Source of the DNA: Nitrospirae bacterium MYbin3
GTDB lineage: Bacteria; Nitrospirota; Thermodesulfovibrionia; Thermodesulfovibrionales; Dissulfurispiraceae
NCBI GenBank assembly: GCA_002753335.1
Contig: PEAD01000004.1
Coordinates: forward strand, 62,001-126,000
Direction: 5' to 3'
DNA length: 64,000 nt
Shown here: positions 19,721-29,029 of the stretch, in pieces
Position numbering within the stretch: the stretch's first letter is position 1
Layout of the letters: each line of letters opens with the position of its first letter
Translations under genes and position numbers: made by a program
Notes under the pieces: generated by a model
The model's input: only the letters and a program-made list of their open reading frames with translations
Database searches by the model: none
Told to the model about the DNA's origin: nothing

Positions 19721-22700
19721 CTAAGCCTTTACAAGCTTCACCTTCGTATCATAAAACGACACGCTTCCGCCTACAGGATCGAGCATGCAGGTATTTTTTA
19801 GATGCGGATCAATCCACATAGCAGCATTGGCATGAACGCCTGTTGCCCTGCGCGGGTCCCCTTTAATCACCTTGCCGTCAATCGTAACATCAGCAGCGCC
19901 TGTTGCCCAATGGCCGTGTCCGAGCGTAAAGGTGATGACACCCGGCATGATCGTCTCTGTAACTTTCACTTTCCCGACCATAGGTTTTTTGGTGCCGTTT
20001 TTCAGATCATAGACGCCATCGAGGTTTGTTGCAGAAACAACCTTCACTCTGTCGCCATCCTTAAGCTTCAGCTTCTTGGCATCGTCTGCGTTGATGATTA
20101 TCTCGTTTTCGGGCTTAATCGCCAAGAGCCAGTAATCAACGACGGTCCTCGATTTTGTGTGAAGTATGTCCCTCTGTGTAAGCAGGTGCAACGGATAACC
20201 GTCTTCAAGACCGGACTCTTTAGGAGTTTTTCCGATTGTGGTACAAACCGGAACATAAGTTGCGTAGCCCGGATTGGACTTTCCGGTGAAGGCGTTTTTT
20301 GTGCCTGCCGTCTTTTCCTGATAAAGGTTGATGAGCTTCTTGTACTGGTTGGCAAGGTAGTCGCCCTTGTAAATGTCCTTGTGCTCCTGAAAGCGTCCGC
20401 CGCGATTGAGAACATAGACAACCTTTTTCCAGTTTGCGCCTGTTATCTTCTGCCATCTTTCAGGATCAAAAACTGTCTTGGGCAGATGCTTTCTCGATTC
20501 AAGGAAAAGCTTGACCTCATCATCGCTTGCATCAGGCACAGGGGTTCCGTCTGTAGCGACATTGGCTACCATTCTGATGTAGAAATCATCCGGTCTTGTA
20601 AAGTCCTGCCCCTCGCCAAAGCCATTTTTGCCGTAGCCTTTCATGCCGAGCTTCTCGGCAAGCGCAAGCTGGAGCGCTTCGTATGAGCAGGGCATTTCTT
20701 CACCAAAGACCTTAACGGTCTCGGGTATCGGAGCGATAACAGGCTGCCTGACAGGCTGAACCTTAACAGGCATGTTCGGATGCGAGCCGTGCATCTCCCA
20801 CCTTTCGAGATAGCTGAGGTCGGGGAAGATGTAGTCTGCGTACATAGAAGTTGTGCCTATCAGAATGTCCGAGCAGAAATAAAGCGGGACCTTGTTCACA
20901 TCCGCAAGTATCTCTATGTTGGTATGCCCGGCAGGCAACGCATAAACTGGGGTTCCCATGTAGCTGAAAAGGGCCTTAACCGGATACGGGTATGCGTCGC
21001 CGATTGAAGGTACAATCTCTTCATAGATGTCGCTCGAAAGCGGCCACCAGTTTCTCTTTGCGGGATAGCCGTTGAAGATCGAGGAATCCTCGTATTTTAT
21101 ATCGTGCCTGATAATGCTGATGCCGAACCTTGATGTCTTGCCCGGCTTTGCCTTGCCAAGATCAAAAGGCTGTCCCTCCTTGCCTCCGCCGGTATTGAAG
21201 GTAGATGGGGCTATCATCCCGCCCTTCCAGTCGAAGTTGCCGAGAAGCAGGTTAATGGTCATTGCGGATGTGACATTGTAAAAACCATTAGTATGCTGGG
21301 CTATGCCTCTATGGACGTCAACTACGGATTTTTTGCCGTACTTTGCAAGATCGGCCGCGACATTCTCAATGTCCTTAACGCTTATACCGCAAATCTTCGA
21401 CCATTCATCGGGCTTCTTTAAGTTTGCAGCATCAGCGATTATCTGAAGTGCGCTCTTTACCTTGACGTCGCCTATGGATGTTGACACAAGAAGATCGCCT
21501 GTTACAGCATTTTTCTCGTCGTTCGGATCGATCGCGACAGGCTTGCCGTTTTTCATTGCCACGAGGTATTCAAAGTCGTGCTCCTTACCGTCCTTGTCTT
21601 TTCTCTTCTCAACTTGAGCAAGACCTATCTCATGCGCCCTTAAGAACTTTCCGGGTTTGCCGTCCTTGTCGAGTTTGACCAAAAGAGCGGCATTTGTCCA
21701 TGTCGGCTCTTTTGCCTCTTTAGCCGCGGCCTTATTCGCGCAGGACAGGTACTTTGCGTCGTATTTTTTGTTGTTTACCATCCATTGAATTATTCCGGTA
21801 AAAAACGCTCCGTCGGTTCCGGGTTTAATAGGCAGATACTTAGTCGCTTTTGCCGCAGACTTGTTGAAGCGCGGGTCAACGACGGTCATCTTAACCTTTC
21901 CATCTGTAAGTCTCGGCACAAGCCTTACGGTTCTATTAGTAGGACCGTAGTTGGCATCAAAAAGATTCGAACCTACAGAGAGTATATACTCCGCATTCTC
22001 GAAATCGCCCTGCCAGTAGAATTTATTGCCGCCGCTGAACTTATTGTAGTCGTACTGTTCGCTCATCGCCTTGCAGGTAAAGTACAGAGACCCCTGGCAG
22101 ACTGTAGTGTGGCCGTGTGTGTTGGCTGTGCCGAAGTAATCGCCAAAAAATCTCCCTGAAAAATCTCCTCTGCCGCCCTTCTTTCTGCCCCACATATAAA
22201 CAAGCTGATTGTTTTTCGGGCCGAAATCAGGATGGTCCGGGTCGATAAGATATTTAAGATTAGCGGCATGTTTTGACTTGAACTCATCGATAGCTTTTTT
22301 CTTGTCCTTTGCTTTTGCAATTGCACTGGCGTCTGCAGCCATCTCTTTTGCGATCTTTATGTCTCTCAGGGCATAAATATCCTTAAGTCCGGTCACTTCC
22401 CTGTTTTCTTCACCCTGCACACTACTGAACAGTTTGCCGCCGTTTACTATCTCATCTATAGCCTTATCAAACGGGATGCTTTTCCATTTTCCTTCTCCCC
22501 GTTTGCCGTCACGCTTCAACACCTTCGATATTCTGTAGGGATCATATACCGACTGAATGCCTGCCTGTCCCTTAGGACATACGGCCCGGTCAACCGTATT
22601 AACCTCGGAAGGCGAGGACTTATAAGGTATGTGCGGCACTGAAGTAAAGGGGTTATAAGGATTGCCGTCAATTTTAAGGGCAATCGCTTTGCCGTCTTTT

Positions 22701-22942
22701 CTGAAAAACTTAACCTTAATCCCGCAGCCTGTGTTGCATTGCAAACAGACTGTATAAAGAGTATTTTCGGCCTTGATCAATTCGTATGCCTCCTCAGACG
22801 TAAGCATGCCTGCCTCAGCTCTTTTCATCAGGTCGGTGGCCCACTCCAGTTGTGATGCGAGCATGGCGCCCCCTAAAACAGCAGAACACCTGATAAAATC
22901 CCTTCTACTGAATCCGTTACCGTTATTTTTAGTTTCTTCCAT
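19721..22942 (-). CDS. Tat-exported molybdopterin oxidoreductase catalytic subunit, tetrathionate/selenate reductase (TtrA/SrdA)-like
   Basis: SRRDF twin-arginine signal, CLQCNTGC...C FS0 cluster, IDGNPYNP, GHTTVCQGS (Cys Mo ligand), GHGHWA; 1073 aa. Confidence 0.85.
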   Translation of the reverse strand: MEETKNNGNGFSRRDFIRCSAVLGGAMLASQLEWATDLMKRAEAGMLTSEEAYELIKAENTLYTVCLQCNTGCGIKVKFFRKDGKAIALKIDGNPYNPFTSVPHIPYKSSPSEVNTVDRAVCPKGQAGIQSVYDPYRISKVLKRDGKRGEGKWKSIPFDKAIDEIVNGGKLFSSVQGEENREVTGLKDIYALRDIKIAKEMAADASAIAKAKDKKKAIDEFKSKHAANLKYLIDPDHPDFGPKNNQLVYMWGRKKGGRGDFSGRFFGDYFGTANTHGHTTVCQGSLYFTCKAMSEQYDYNKFSGGNKFYWQGDFENAEYILSVGSNLFDANYGPTNRTVRLVPRLTDGKVKMTVVDPRFNKSAAKATKYLPIKPGTDGAFFTGIIQWMVNNKKYDAKYLSCANKAAAKEAKEPTWTNAALLVKLDKDGKPGKFLRAHEIGLAQVEKRKDKDGKEHDFEYLVAMKNGKPVAIDPNDEKNAVTGDLLVSTSIGDVKVKSALQIIADAANLKKPDEWSKICGISVKDIENVAADLAKYGKKSVVDVHRGIAQHTNGFYNVTSAMTINLLLGNFDWKGGMIAPSTFNTGGGKEGQPFDLGKAKPGKTSRFGISIIRHDIKYEDSSIFNGYPAKRNWWPLSSDIYEEIVPSIGDAYPYPVKALFSYMGTPVYALPAGHTNIEILADVNKVPLYFCSDILIGTTSMYADYIFPDLSYLERWEMHGSHPNMPVKVQPVRQPVIAPIPETVKVFGEEMPCSYEALQLALAEKLGMKGYGKNGFGEGQDFTRPDDFYIRMVANVATDGTPVPDASDDEVKLFLESRKHLPKTVFDPERWQKITGANWKKVVYVLNRGGRFQEHKDIYKGDYLANQYKKLINLYQEKTAGTKNAFTGKSNPGYATYVPVCTTIGKTPKESGLEDGYPLHLLTQRDILHTKSRTVVDYWLLAIKPENEIIINADDAKKLKLKDGDRVKVVSATNLDGVYDLKNGTKKPMVGKVKVTETIMPGVITFTLGHGHWATGAADVTIDGKVIKGDPRRATGVHANAAMWIDPHLKNTCMLDPVGGSVSFYDTKVKLVKA

Positions 22943-22956
22943 CAGTCCTCACCTCC

Positions 22957-23799
22957 TTATGGCAGTATGTAATAAACTCTGGGTTTGGTTTTTGATTTAT
23001 CCGAGAAGACAGGAGTGGTTCCCGGATACGCTATTGCGGCCGAAATTACCCCCGGGGTTTTTCCTTTAAGCTCATCGTTCTTGAGCTTGGTCTCTCCGGC
23101 GCCCTTAACCTCGGACAGCACCTTAATTTTATTGTCTTTCATGACCTTGTAAATTAGGCTTCCCTTATCTTCAGGGTCTCCAAAATAATTTGCCCTCGAT
23201 ATGCAGGTGCTTACGCACATCGGCACCATCCCGTTTTTAAGCCTGTGGTAGCAGAAGTGGCATTTCCTTGCGTTGTTGATAGGGATATGATGTTTTTCTC
23301 TTGGCCATTTTTTGCTGTACTCCCATGTGGGGGCCTTATCGTACTCCTGTATCGCTGGTGTGCCTTCGGTATGTAAATAGCCTGCGTCAAGCGCGCGCGC
23401 TTTGTACGGGCAGGCGATTACGCAGCGGCCGCAGCCTATGCACTTTTCGTAATTTATCATTACGATGCCGGAACTCACGCCTTTTGAGCTCTTCCATGTG
23501 GCCTTGCCTTCGCCCTTGTTGGGGCATGCCTCAACGCATGGAGGATCGTCGCACTGCTGGCATGGCCTCGGAGTAAACAACCGCTTTACGGCAGGAAATT
23601 TGCCACTCTCTTCCTCATAAACCGGCCGGTATATAATGCCCGGAGGACTCTTCTGCTCGGCAACGCAGCCTGCGGTGCAGGCCTTGCACGCGGTGCATCT
23701 GCGCAGATCGATAAGCATGGCCCACTTAGAGCCCGGCTTGCCGAGGGCCCTTTTTATGTCTTCCTGTATTATTTCGAGTTCATCGCGTCCTTCGAACAT
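22957..23799 (-). CDS. 4Fe-4S electron-transfer subunit (TtrB/DmsB family)
   Basis: CTACKAC..C, CQQCDDPPCVEACP, CIGCGRCVIACP, KCHFC...PMCVSTC; C-terminal TKPRVYY; no own signal peptide. Confidence 0.9.
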   Translation of the reverse strand: MFEGRDELEIIQEDIKRALGKPGSKWAMLIDLRRCTACKACTAGCVAEQKSPPGIIYRPVYEEESGKFPAVKRLFTPRPCQQCDDPPCVEACPNKGEGKATWKSSKGVSSGIVMINYEKCIGCGRCVIACPYKARALDAGYLHTEGTPAIQEYDKAPTWEYSKKWPREKHHIPINNARKCHFCYHRLKNGMVPMCVSTCISRANYFGDPEDKGSLIYKVMKDNKIKVLSEVKGAGETKLKNDELKGKTPGVISAAIAYPGTTPVFSDKSKTKPRVYYILP

Positions 23800-24117
23800 T
23801 TATTTCACCTCCTTTTTATGGCATACGTAACAGTTTGCTGAGAGGTCAAACGCTTTCTTTCCGTTATGGCATGCGCCGCAAGATGTGGCCTGACGCTTGT
23901 GCGACATCCTCAGGCTCTTGTGTTTCTCCCTGCTTTCAAAAATGGATGGATGGCACTCGGTACAGCTAAACCCCATTGTTTCGACATGGGTATCGTGGTG
24001 GAATGTCACATTGCCTATGTGTTTGACCTCATAGGTAATGTCGCCTCCTCCAACCCTTGCCGAAACAACAGATGCCGCAATTAGAGCCAAAACAACGCTG
24101 ATCAACAGATATCTCAT
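23800..24117 (-). CDS. Periplasmic triheme c7-type cytochrome
   Basis: Signal peptide, FHHDTH, and CTECH, CGACH, CYVCH. Confidence 0.9.
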   Translation of the reverse strand: MRYLLISVVLALIAASVVSARVGGGDITYEVKHIGNVTFHHDTHVETMGFSCTECHPSIFESREKHKSLRMSHKRQATSCGACHNGKKAFDLSANCYVCHKKEVK

Positions 24118-24141
24118 ATGTTTTCTCCTTTTGTCCGGAAT

Positions 24142-24456
24142 CTATTTCTTGTGGCAGATATAGCAATTGCTGCTGACATCAAACGCGTTTTTGCCGTTAT
24201 GGCAAATACCGCAGGCCTTCTTTGACCGCATGTCCGACATCTTGCGCTTTTTTTCGGCATCCCTTTTCATCGCAAATATCGAAGGATGGCAGTCATCGCA
24301 CTTAAAGTTCCTGTCGGTCACATGAGAGTCGTGGCTAAAAGTGACATCTCCCGAATGCTTTACTTTGTAAACGATGTTTCCGCCTCCTACAGATGCTGCA
24401 TAAACAACAGGAACCGAGATAAGAACAGCCAGCACAACCAACAATAATCGTTTCAT
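24142..24456 (-). CDS. Periplasmic triheme c7-type cytochrome (paralog of adjacent gene)
   Basis: Signal peptide, FSHDSH, and CDDCH, CGICH, CYICH; shares VGGG.I.Y.VKH and CHPSIF with its neighbour. Confidence 0.9.
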   Translation of the reverse strand: MKRLLLVVLAVLISVPVVYAASVGGGNIVYKVKHSGDVTFSHDSHVTDRNFKCDDCHPSIFAMKRDAEKKRKMSDMRSKKACGICHNGKNAFDVSSNCYICHKK

Positions 24457-24536
24457 CTTTTTTCACCCCCTTGTTTGGTTTTTGTTTTCACAATCAAAAA
24501 TTAAAAGATATACCGGATTAAGCTGTTTGTCAAATT

Positions 24537-24932
24537 TTAAAAGCCTACGCACTCCGCGTATTCTGGCTCAACTTTTTTTTTGACACCGCATAGGTCCTCA
24601 ATCAAGGAGCTAACTTTATCCAGATTAAACGGTTTTTCCAAAAAAACATCTATGCCTGCTGCAGCCAACTCAGAATTAGTTGAGTCGCAACATGCCGACA
24701 TAAGAATTATTCTGCCATCATAACCTGTTGCTCTTATCTTTTTTGCAGCCTCTATACCGTTAGTCGGCACCATCTTGTAGTCTGTGATTATCACATCAAA
24801 AATAGCCGGGTTCATTGCAGATAATGCGTCTTTAGGTGAACTTACAGAAACAATATTGTGTCCTTTGTTTGACAAGTAATTGCTAAGCATTACTCCAACT
24901 AACGGCTCATCATCAATGACCAGAATCCTCAT
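24537..24932 (-). CDS. Single-domain response regulator (receiver)
   Basis: MRILVIDDE, ITDYKM, LMSA, EKPF; start re-called at the ATGA overlap with the upstream ORF. Confidence 0.85.
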   Translation of the reverse strand: MRILVIDDEPLVGVMLSNYLSNKGHNIVSVSSPKDALSAMNPAIFDVIITDYKMVPTNGIEAAKKIRATGYDGRIILMSACCDSTNSELAAAGIDVFLEKPFNLDKVSSLIEDLCGVKKKVEPEYAECVGF

Positions 24933-25258
24933 GCATCCCCCATGTTTATTGTGATCGTAATCTCCTGATCCCAAAAAATGCCTTTAAGTGGAGAAAGCAG
25001 CCCTTTAACTGTGTTCTGAACAAGCTGTTTCGCAAATTCTCTTTCTATAACAATTTTATTGCCGTTTGAGTAAATGCCCGCAAAATTCTCATCGATGTGG
25101 ACAGTAACAAAATTCGATATATCCCCAAAAGACTTGGCAACAGCCATTACCACATTAGCAATATATTTTTGGGTAAATGCATTAAGCGGAATCTGATTGC
25201 CTTTGCATATCAAGACAGTTTTTATTGTATCGTTTTTTGTGGAAGATGTAGTTATCAT
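24929..25258 (-). CDS. Hypothetical protein, two repeats resembling the MobB C-terminal extension domain
   Basis: KGNQIPLNAFTQKYIANVV and SNGNKIVIEREFAKQLVQNTVKGLLSPLKG; family match from recall, unverified. Confidence 0.55.
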   Translation of the reverse strand: MITTSSTKNDTIKTVLICKGNQIPLNAFTQKYIANVVMAVAKSFGDISNFVTVHIDENFAGIYSNGNKIVIEREFAKQLVQNTVKGLLSPLKGIFWDQEITITINMGDA

Positions 25259-25273
25259 TTTAAATCTAATAGT

Positions 25274-25289
25274 ATCAACTTTTATGCCA
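25274..25289 (-). promoter_or_regulatory. Putative sigma54 -24/-12 promoter (variant -12) for the reductase operon
   Basis: Minus strand TGGCATAAAAGTTGAT (GG-N10-GA); upstream boxes at 25332-25349 and 25421-25438. Confidence 0.5.
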
Positions 25290-25420
25290 TTTGTAGCTTG
25301 TTGAAATATAAAGAATTGACCATGAAGTTGCTGTTACCTTAAATAAACAATAGACATGTCATATTCTCTTAACTATGCTTAGAATAAAAGAAATTCAAAA
25401 TGTGCTTCCGTCAAAAGAAA

Positions 25421-25438
25421 TGTTACGAACAGGTAACA
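25421..25438. promoter_or_regulatory. Palindromic enhancer-like box TGTTAC-N6-GTAACA
   Basis: TGTTACGAACAGGTAACA with perfect arms; related copies at 25332, 31694 and 31787. Confidence 0.6.
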
Positions 25439-27339
25439 CTAATAGATTCGTCTTTCGCCGGTCTATTTTTTACAATATCTTTTTGTTCGTAAACCCCGAC
25501 CTCTGCAGTGAAATAAAAAATGCTGCCGCTTCCTTCATCGCTGTCAACCCAGATGCTTCCTTTCATAAGCTTGACCAGCTCTCTACAGATGCTAAGACCG
25601 AGTCCAGTGCCTCCATACTTCCTTGTCATTGAAGCATCAGCTTGGCTAAAGTTTTCAAATATAATGCAGTGTTTATCGCGTGGAATGCCGATACCCGTGT
25701 CACGCACAGAAAAAAGCAGATCTATAAGCCCGGCCTTCTTGCTCCAATCGCTGTCTTCGCTATTCAGCACAGATACGAATATTTCAATTTTTCCTTGCTC
25801 TGTAAATTTCATCGCATTGGATATAAGATTGGTCATTACCTGTCTAATCCTGTGAGGATCACCCCTAAGTTTTAACGGAACGTCCGGAGCAATATAATAG
25901 TCCAGCGAAAGCCCTTTGTTCCGGGCTTGGGCAGAAAACAGGTGGACGGTTGCCTGAACAATGTCATGCAGGTTAAAGTTTATGGTTTCAAGTTCCAGCC
26001 TGCCCGATTCGACTTTTGAGATATCGAGTATGTCGTTGAGCAGACAAAGGAGTGCTTCGGAGGAAAATCTTACAGTTTCGAGTTGCTTTCGTTGTTGCGC
26101 CGTCAATTCCGTTTCGAGTGTTAGCTCTGTCATGCCCATTATGGCATTCATAGGCGTGCGTATTTCGTGGCTCATGTTGGCGAGGAAACGGCTTTTAGCC
26201 AATGTAGCCTCTTCGGCAATCCGCTTAGCCGCCTTCAACTCTGACTCAGTATCTTTCAGGCGTGTTATGTCTATCAGAGAAACAAGATGCGATGGCTCGC
26301 CCTGCCAATCAAGCGCTACTGAACGCATTTCGATTGTATGTCTGGCGTCTGAAGGAAAAGTGATGACAATTTCCGATTGATCCGAAAAAACGAAGCTTTT
26401 TCCGATAACCTCTTCTACGCCTTGTTTAAAAAGTGTTTCTGCAGCAGGATTCATGTAGCGCACAATATTTTTCCTGTCCACAATTACTATGCCAATCGGC
26501 ATATTAGATATCATCGAGATTTTTTCGACTATGTGCTCCTCATCCATCATGGTCTCATGTTTCTTGACAGCAGCTACCATCATATTGAACTTGCCTGATA
26601 GTTCGGCAACCTCGTCTTGTCCCTTAAGTTCCAATAAACTGTCCCGTCCTCCTTCTGCGACTTCGGACATTTTGCGCAGCAATCCCATTATCGGATTGCC
26701 GACCAGCCGGTTGAAAAGTGTCATGATCAGCGTTGTTGAGATGAAAAAGATCACTATTACTGCGGCTATCATAATCTTCCTGTTTTTGGATATTAGTGCA
26801 TCCGCGTCTTTCATCGTGACGGCCACATATATTTTCCCCACGAAACGATTGCCTACCGAATGGCATTTGCGGCATTCATCACTGTTCTTGATAAGCCTGA
26901 TATTCAATAGCGTCCTCTCCCCATTGTCTTTTGTGAACAGAGCTGAGAGGTTTTCTTTTCCGGGCAGCTTTCCGTTATGGCATTTACGGCAGTTCTCGGC
27001 GCTGCTTATGTCTGCGACATTTCCTATTTCGGCATTATTTTTTGCCCATTTGATTTTCCCGTCCAGAGACATTATCTTTATGTCTTCGATCATATGCTCT
27101 TGGCCTACGGCGTTTACTGCAGCATTCATCCGCCCTTTCTCATCTTTCAGCATGGCCTCAACAAGGCTTTTCTCCAGAACATCTATTATTCTTTTCGACT
27201 CATTTTCGGCCATCTCCAAAAGGCCTTTTTCGGTATATGAGAGGGACAGGTGCAAAAACAGGCTCAATACCGCGAAAAGTCCCAGCGCTGAAGCGACAGC
27301 TATTTTAAAGCCTATGCTTTTGGTGAATTTTAATATCAT
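25423..27339 (-). CDS. Sensor histidine kinase with di-heme-c periplasmic sensor, HAMP and PAS
   Basis: Two TM helices flank two CRKCH motifs; FLANMSHEIRTP, NLISNAMKFT, DTGIG, GGTGLGL. Confidence 0.9.
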   Translation of the reverse strand: MILKFTKSIGFKIAVASALGLFAVLSLFLHLSLSYTEKGLLEMAENESKRIIDVLEKSLVEAMLKDEKGRMNAAVNAVGQEHMIEDIKIMSLDGKIKWAKNNAEIGNVADISSAENCRKCHNGKLPGKENLSALFTKDNGERTLLNIRLIKNSDECRKCHSVGNRFVGKIYVAVTMKDADALISKNRKIMIAAVIVIFFISTTLIMTLFNRLVGNPIMGLLRKMSEVAEGGRDSLLELKGQDEVAELSGKFNMMVAAVKKHETMMDEEHIVEKISMISNMPIGIVIVDRKNIVRYMNPAAETLFKQGVEEVIGKSFVFSDQSEIVITFPSDARHTIEMRSVALDWQGEPSHLVSLIDITRLKDTESELKAAKRIAEEATLAKSRFLANMSHEIRTPMNAIMGMTELTLETELTAQQRKQLETVRFSSEALLCLLNDILDISKVESGRLELETINFNLHDIVQATVHLFSAQARNKGLSLDYYIAPDVPLKLRGDPHRIRQVMTNLISNAMKFTEQGKIEIFVSVLNSEDSDWSKKAGLIDLLFSVRDTGIGIPRDKHCIIFENFSQADASMTRKYGGTGLGLSICRELVKLMKGSIWVDSDEGSGSIFYFTAEVGVYEQKDIVKNRPAKDESISVTCS

Positions 27340-27346
27340 AAGAGGC

Positions 27347-29029
27347 TCATATGAGAGCGTTATAATCCTGCAATTTATCCGGTTGTTCCGCAGGCATTGT
27401 TAATGTTACACATGTACCCTTGCCCGGTGCGCTGTCGAACTTTATCTTGCCGCCATGACCTTCTACAATGCCGTTGGCGATAGACAGTCCTAGACCTGTA
27501 TGAGCGTTCTTTGACTTAGTGGTGAAAAATGGGTCAAGAACCTTGCTCAGGTCTGTTTCTTCAATTCCATAGCCTGTATCGGCAAAGCTTAGTTCTACAA
27601 AATTATCCTTTATCTGTTGGAAGCTCACGGTAATAATCCCTCCATCGGGCATGGCCTCTATCGCATTTTCGATGATATTGAAAAAAACCTGCCCCATATG
27701 CTTCGTGTCCACTTTTATCATAGGCAGGCCCTTGCCGAATTGCCGGACAACCTTAATATGTTTCAATTTTAGCTGACTATCCACGAGCATCAACACATCT
27801 TCAACGAACAATGCAAGATCGATCTTTTCAAGCTTAAAAGATATCTGTCGTGAGAAAACTCTTAAGCCCTTAACTATTCTGTCGGCACGGAAAACCGCGC
27901 CTTTTACTTGGTTGATCACATCAAGAAGAGGTGGATTGTCCGATAATGAAGGTTTTAAGAACTCTACGCCCTGCTGTATTATCATAAGAGGATTTTTTAT
28001 TTCGTGGGCGACTGCGGTTGCCATTGTGCCTAAGGATGCCATTTTTTCAGAATGTATCAACTGTTTTTGAAGCTCAAGTATTTCTCGCAAATCCCTCGCT
28101 ACAAAAACTATGCCGTTGACTTTTTTTAATCCCTCATTATCTTTGTACATTACGGAAGCATGAAGGCTCACAGGTATCTTTTCCCCTTGTTTGGTTTTGA
28201 ATGATGTCTGGTGGTCTCTGATAAACCCATCCTCTATCAATTTAAGCAATGTGCCTGTGAGAAATGCCTCATCAACAAGAAGCATGTCTAAAGCAAGTCC
28301 TTTCAGCTCATCTTCCTTGTATCCGAGCATTAAGCATAGCGCACGATTAACAGTGTTTATCGTAGCATCAGGATTGACCACAACAAGCGCGTCAGCCATA
28401 GAAAAGATTATGCTGTCCGTATAATCTTTCGCTTCTGTTAGTAGCGCTTCCGCTTTTCTGCGTTTATTCGCGTAATACACAAATAGTTGTATGATGATTG
28501 TCACCATGCAAATAAAAACAACAGTTGCGGTAGCCATAAAAATATTGATGTTTAAGACAGCCTTATTGTAATTGTTTTTATGTGCATCTAATAGAAGCAC
28601 GATTTTTTCATTCATTTGGGATGAACTTTTTTCAAGTTCGTTCAGACGCTTTCTGCCTTCATCCAGCCTTTTTTCGAGAAACATTGAATTGATAGAGGTA
28701 AGTTTTGCGTAATAGTCAATGTATTGCTGTTTCAGCTTGTCTGCTTCAGCAGGATGTTGTTTGGAAAGTTGCTCAAAGCTGTCAAACAAGATAAGCGAGC
28801 GTTTAGCAGCATGAATGGCATACTTGTCATCAAGGGCCAGAATGCCGCTTTGTACGGTACTGTTGATTTCTTTTATGTCACTCTCGATACCGTGCAGCAG
28901 CCTGCTTGTCTCGGTTATGCGATGCAGTTGGTAATTATGGAAGAAAAATATCCCTCCAAAGGAGGAAAAAACAAAAAAGGCTATCAACACAAGCGGCAGG
29001 ATTATTATAGCTTTCTCTGAAAGTTTCAT
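27347..29029 (-). CDS. Membrane PAS sensor histidine kinase (NtrB-like)
   Basis: Two TM helices, PAS, AHEIKNPL, NAIEAM, DPFFTTK, GLGL. Confidence 0.9.
   Translation of the reverse strand: MKLSEKAIIILPLVLIAFFVFSSFGGIFFFHNYQLHRITETSRLLHGIESDIKEINSTVQSGILALDDKYAIHAAKRSLILFDSFEQLSKQHPAEADKLKQQYIDYYAKLTSINSMFLEKRLDEGRKRLNELEKSSSQMNEKIVLLLDAHKNNYNKAVLNINIFMATATVVFICMVTIIIQLFVYYANKRRKAEALLTEAKDYTDSIIFSMADALVVVNPDATINTVNRALCLMLGYKEDELKGLALDMLLVDEAFLTGTLLKLIEDGFIRDHQTSFKTKQGEKIPVSLHASVMYKDNEGLKKVNGIVFVARDLREILELQKQLIHSEKMASLGTMATAVAHEIKNPLMIIQQGVEFLKPSLSDNPPLLDVINQVKGAVFRADRIVKGLRVFSRQISFKLEKIDLALFVEDVLMLVDSQLKLKHIKVVRQFGKGLPMIKVDTKHMGQVFFNIIENAIEAMPDGGIITVSFQQIKDNFVELSFADTGYGIEETDLSKVLDPFFTTKSKNAHTGLGLSIANGIVEGHGGKIKFDSAPGKGTCVTLTMPAEQPDKLQDYNALI

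Noticed and set aside
19802..20686. 294-aa plus-strand ORF
   Set aside because: Antisense shadow of the molybdoenzyme gene
19721..22942. Assignment as ArrA, ArxA or AioA because of nearby acr3
   Set aside because: Length and the GHTTVCQGS region fit the Ttr/Srd clade rather than the HSxICA motif of Arr/Arx, and there is no Rieske subunit
26489..27403. 304-aa plus-strand ORF
   Set aside because: Antisense shadow of the heme sensor kinase, with no recognisable motifs
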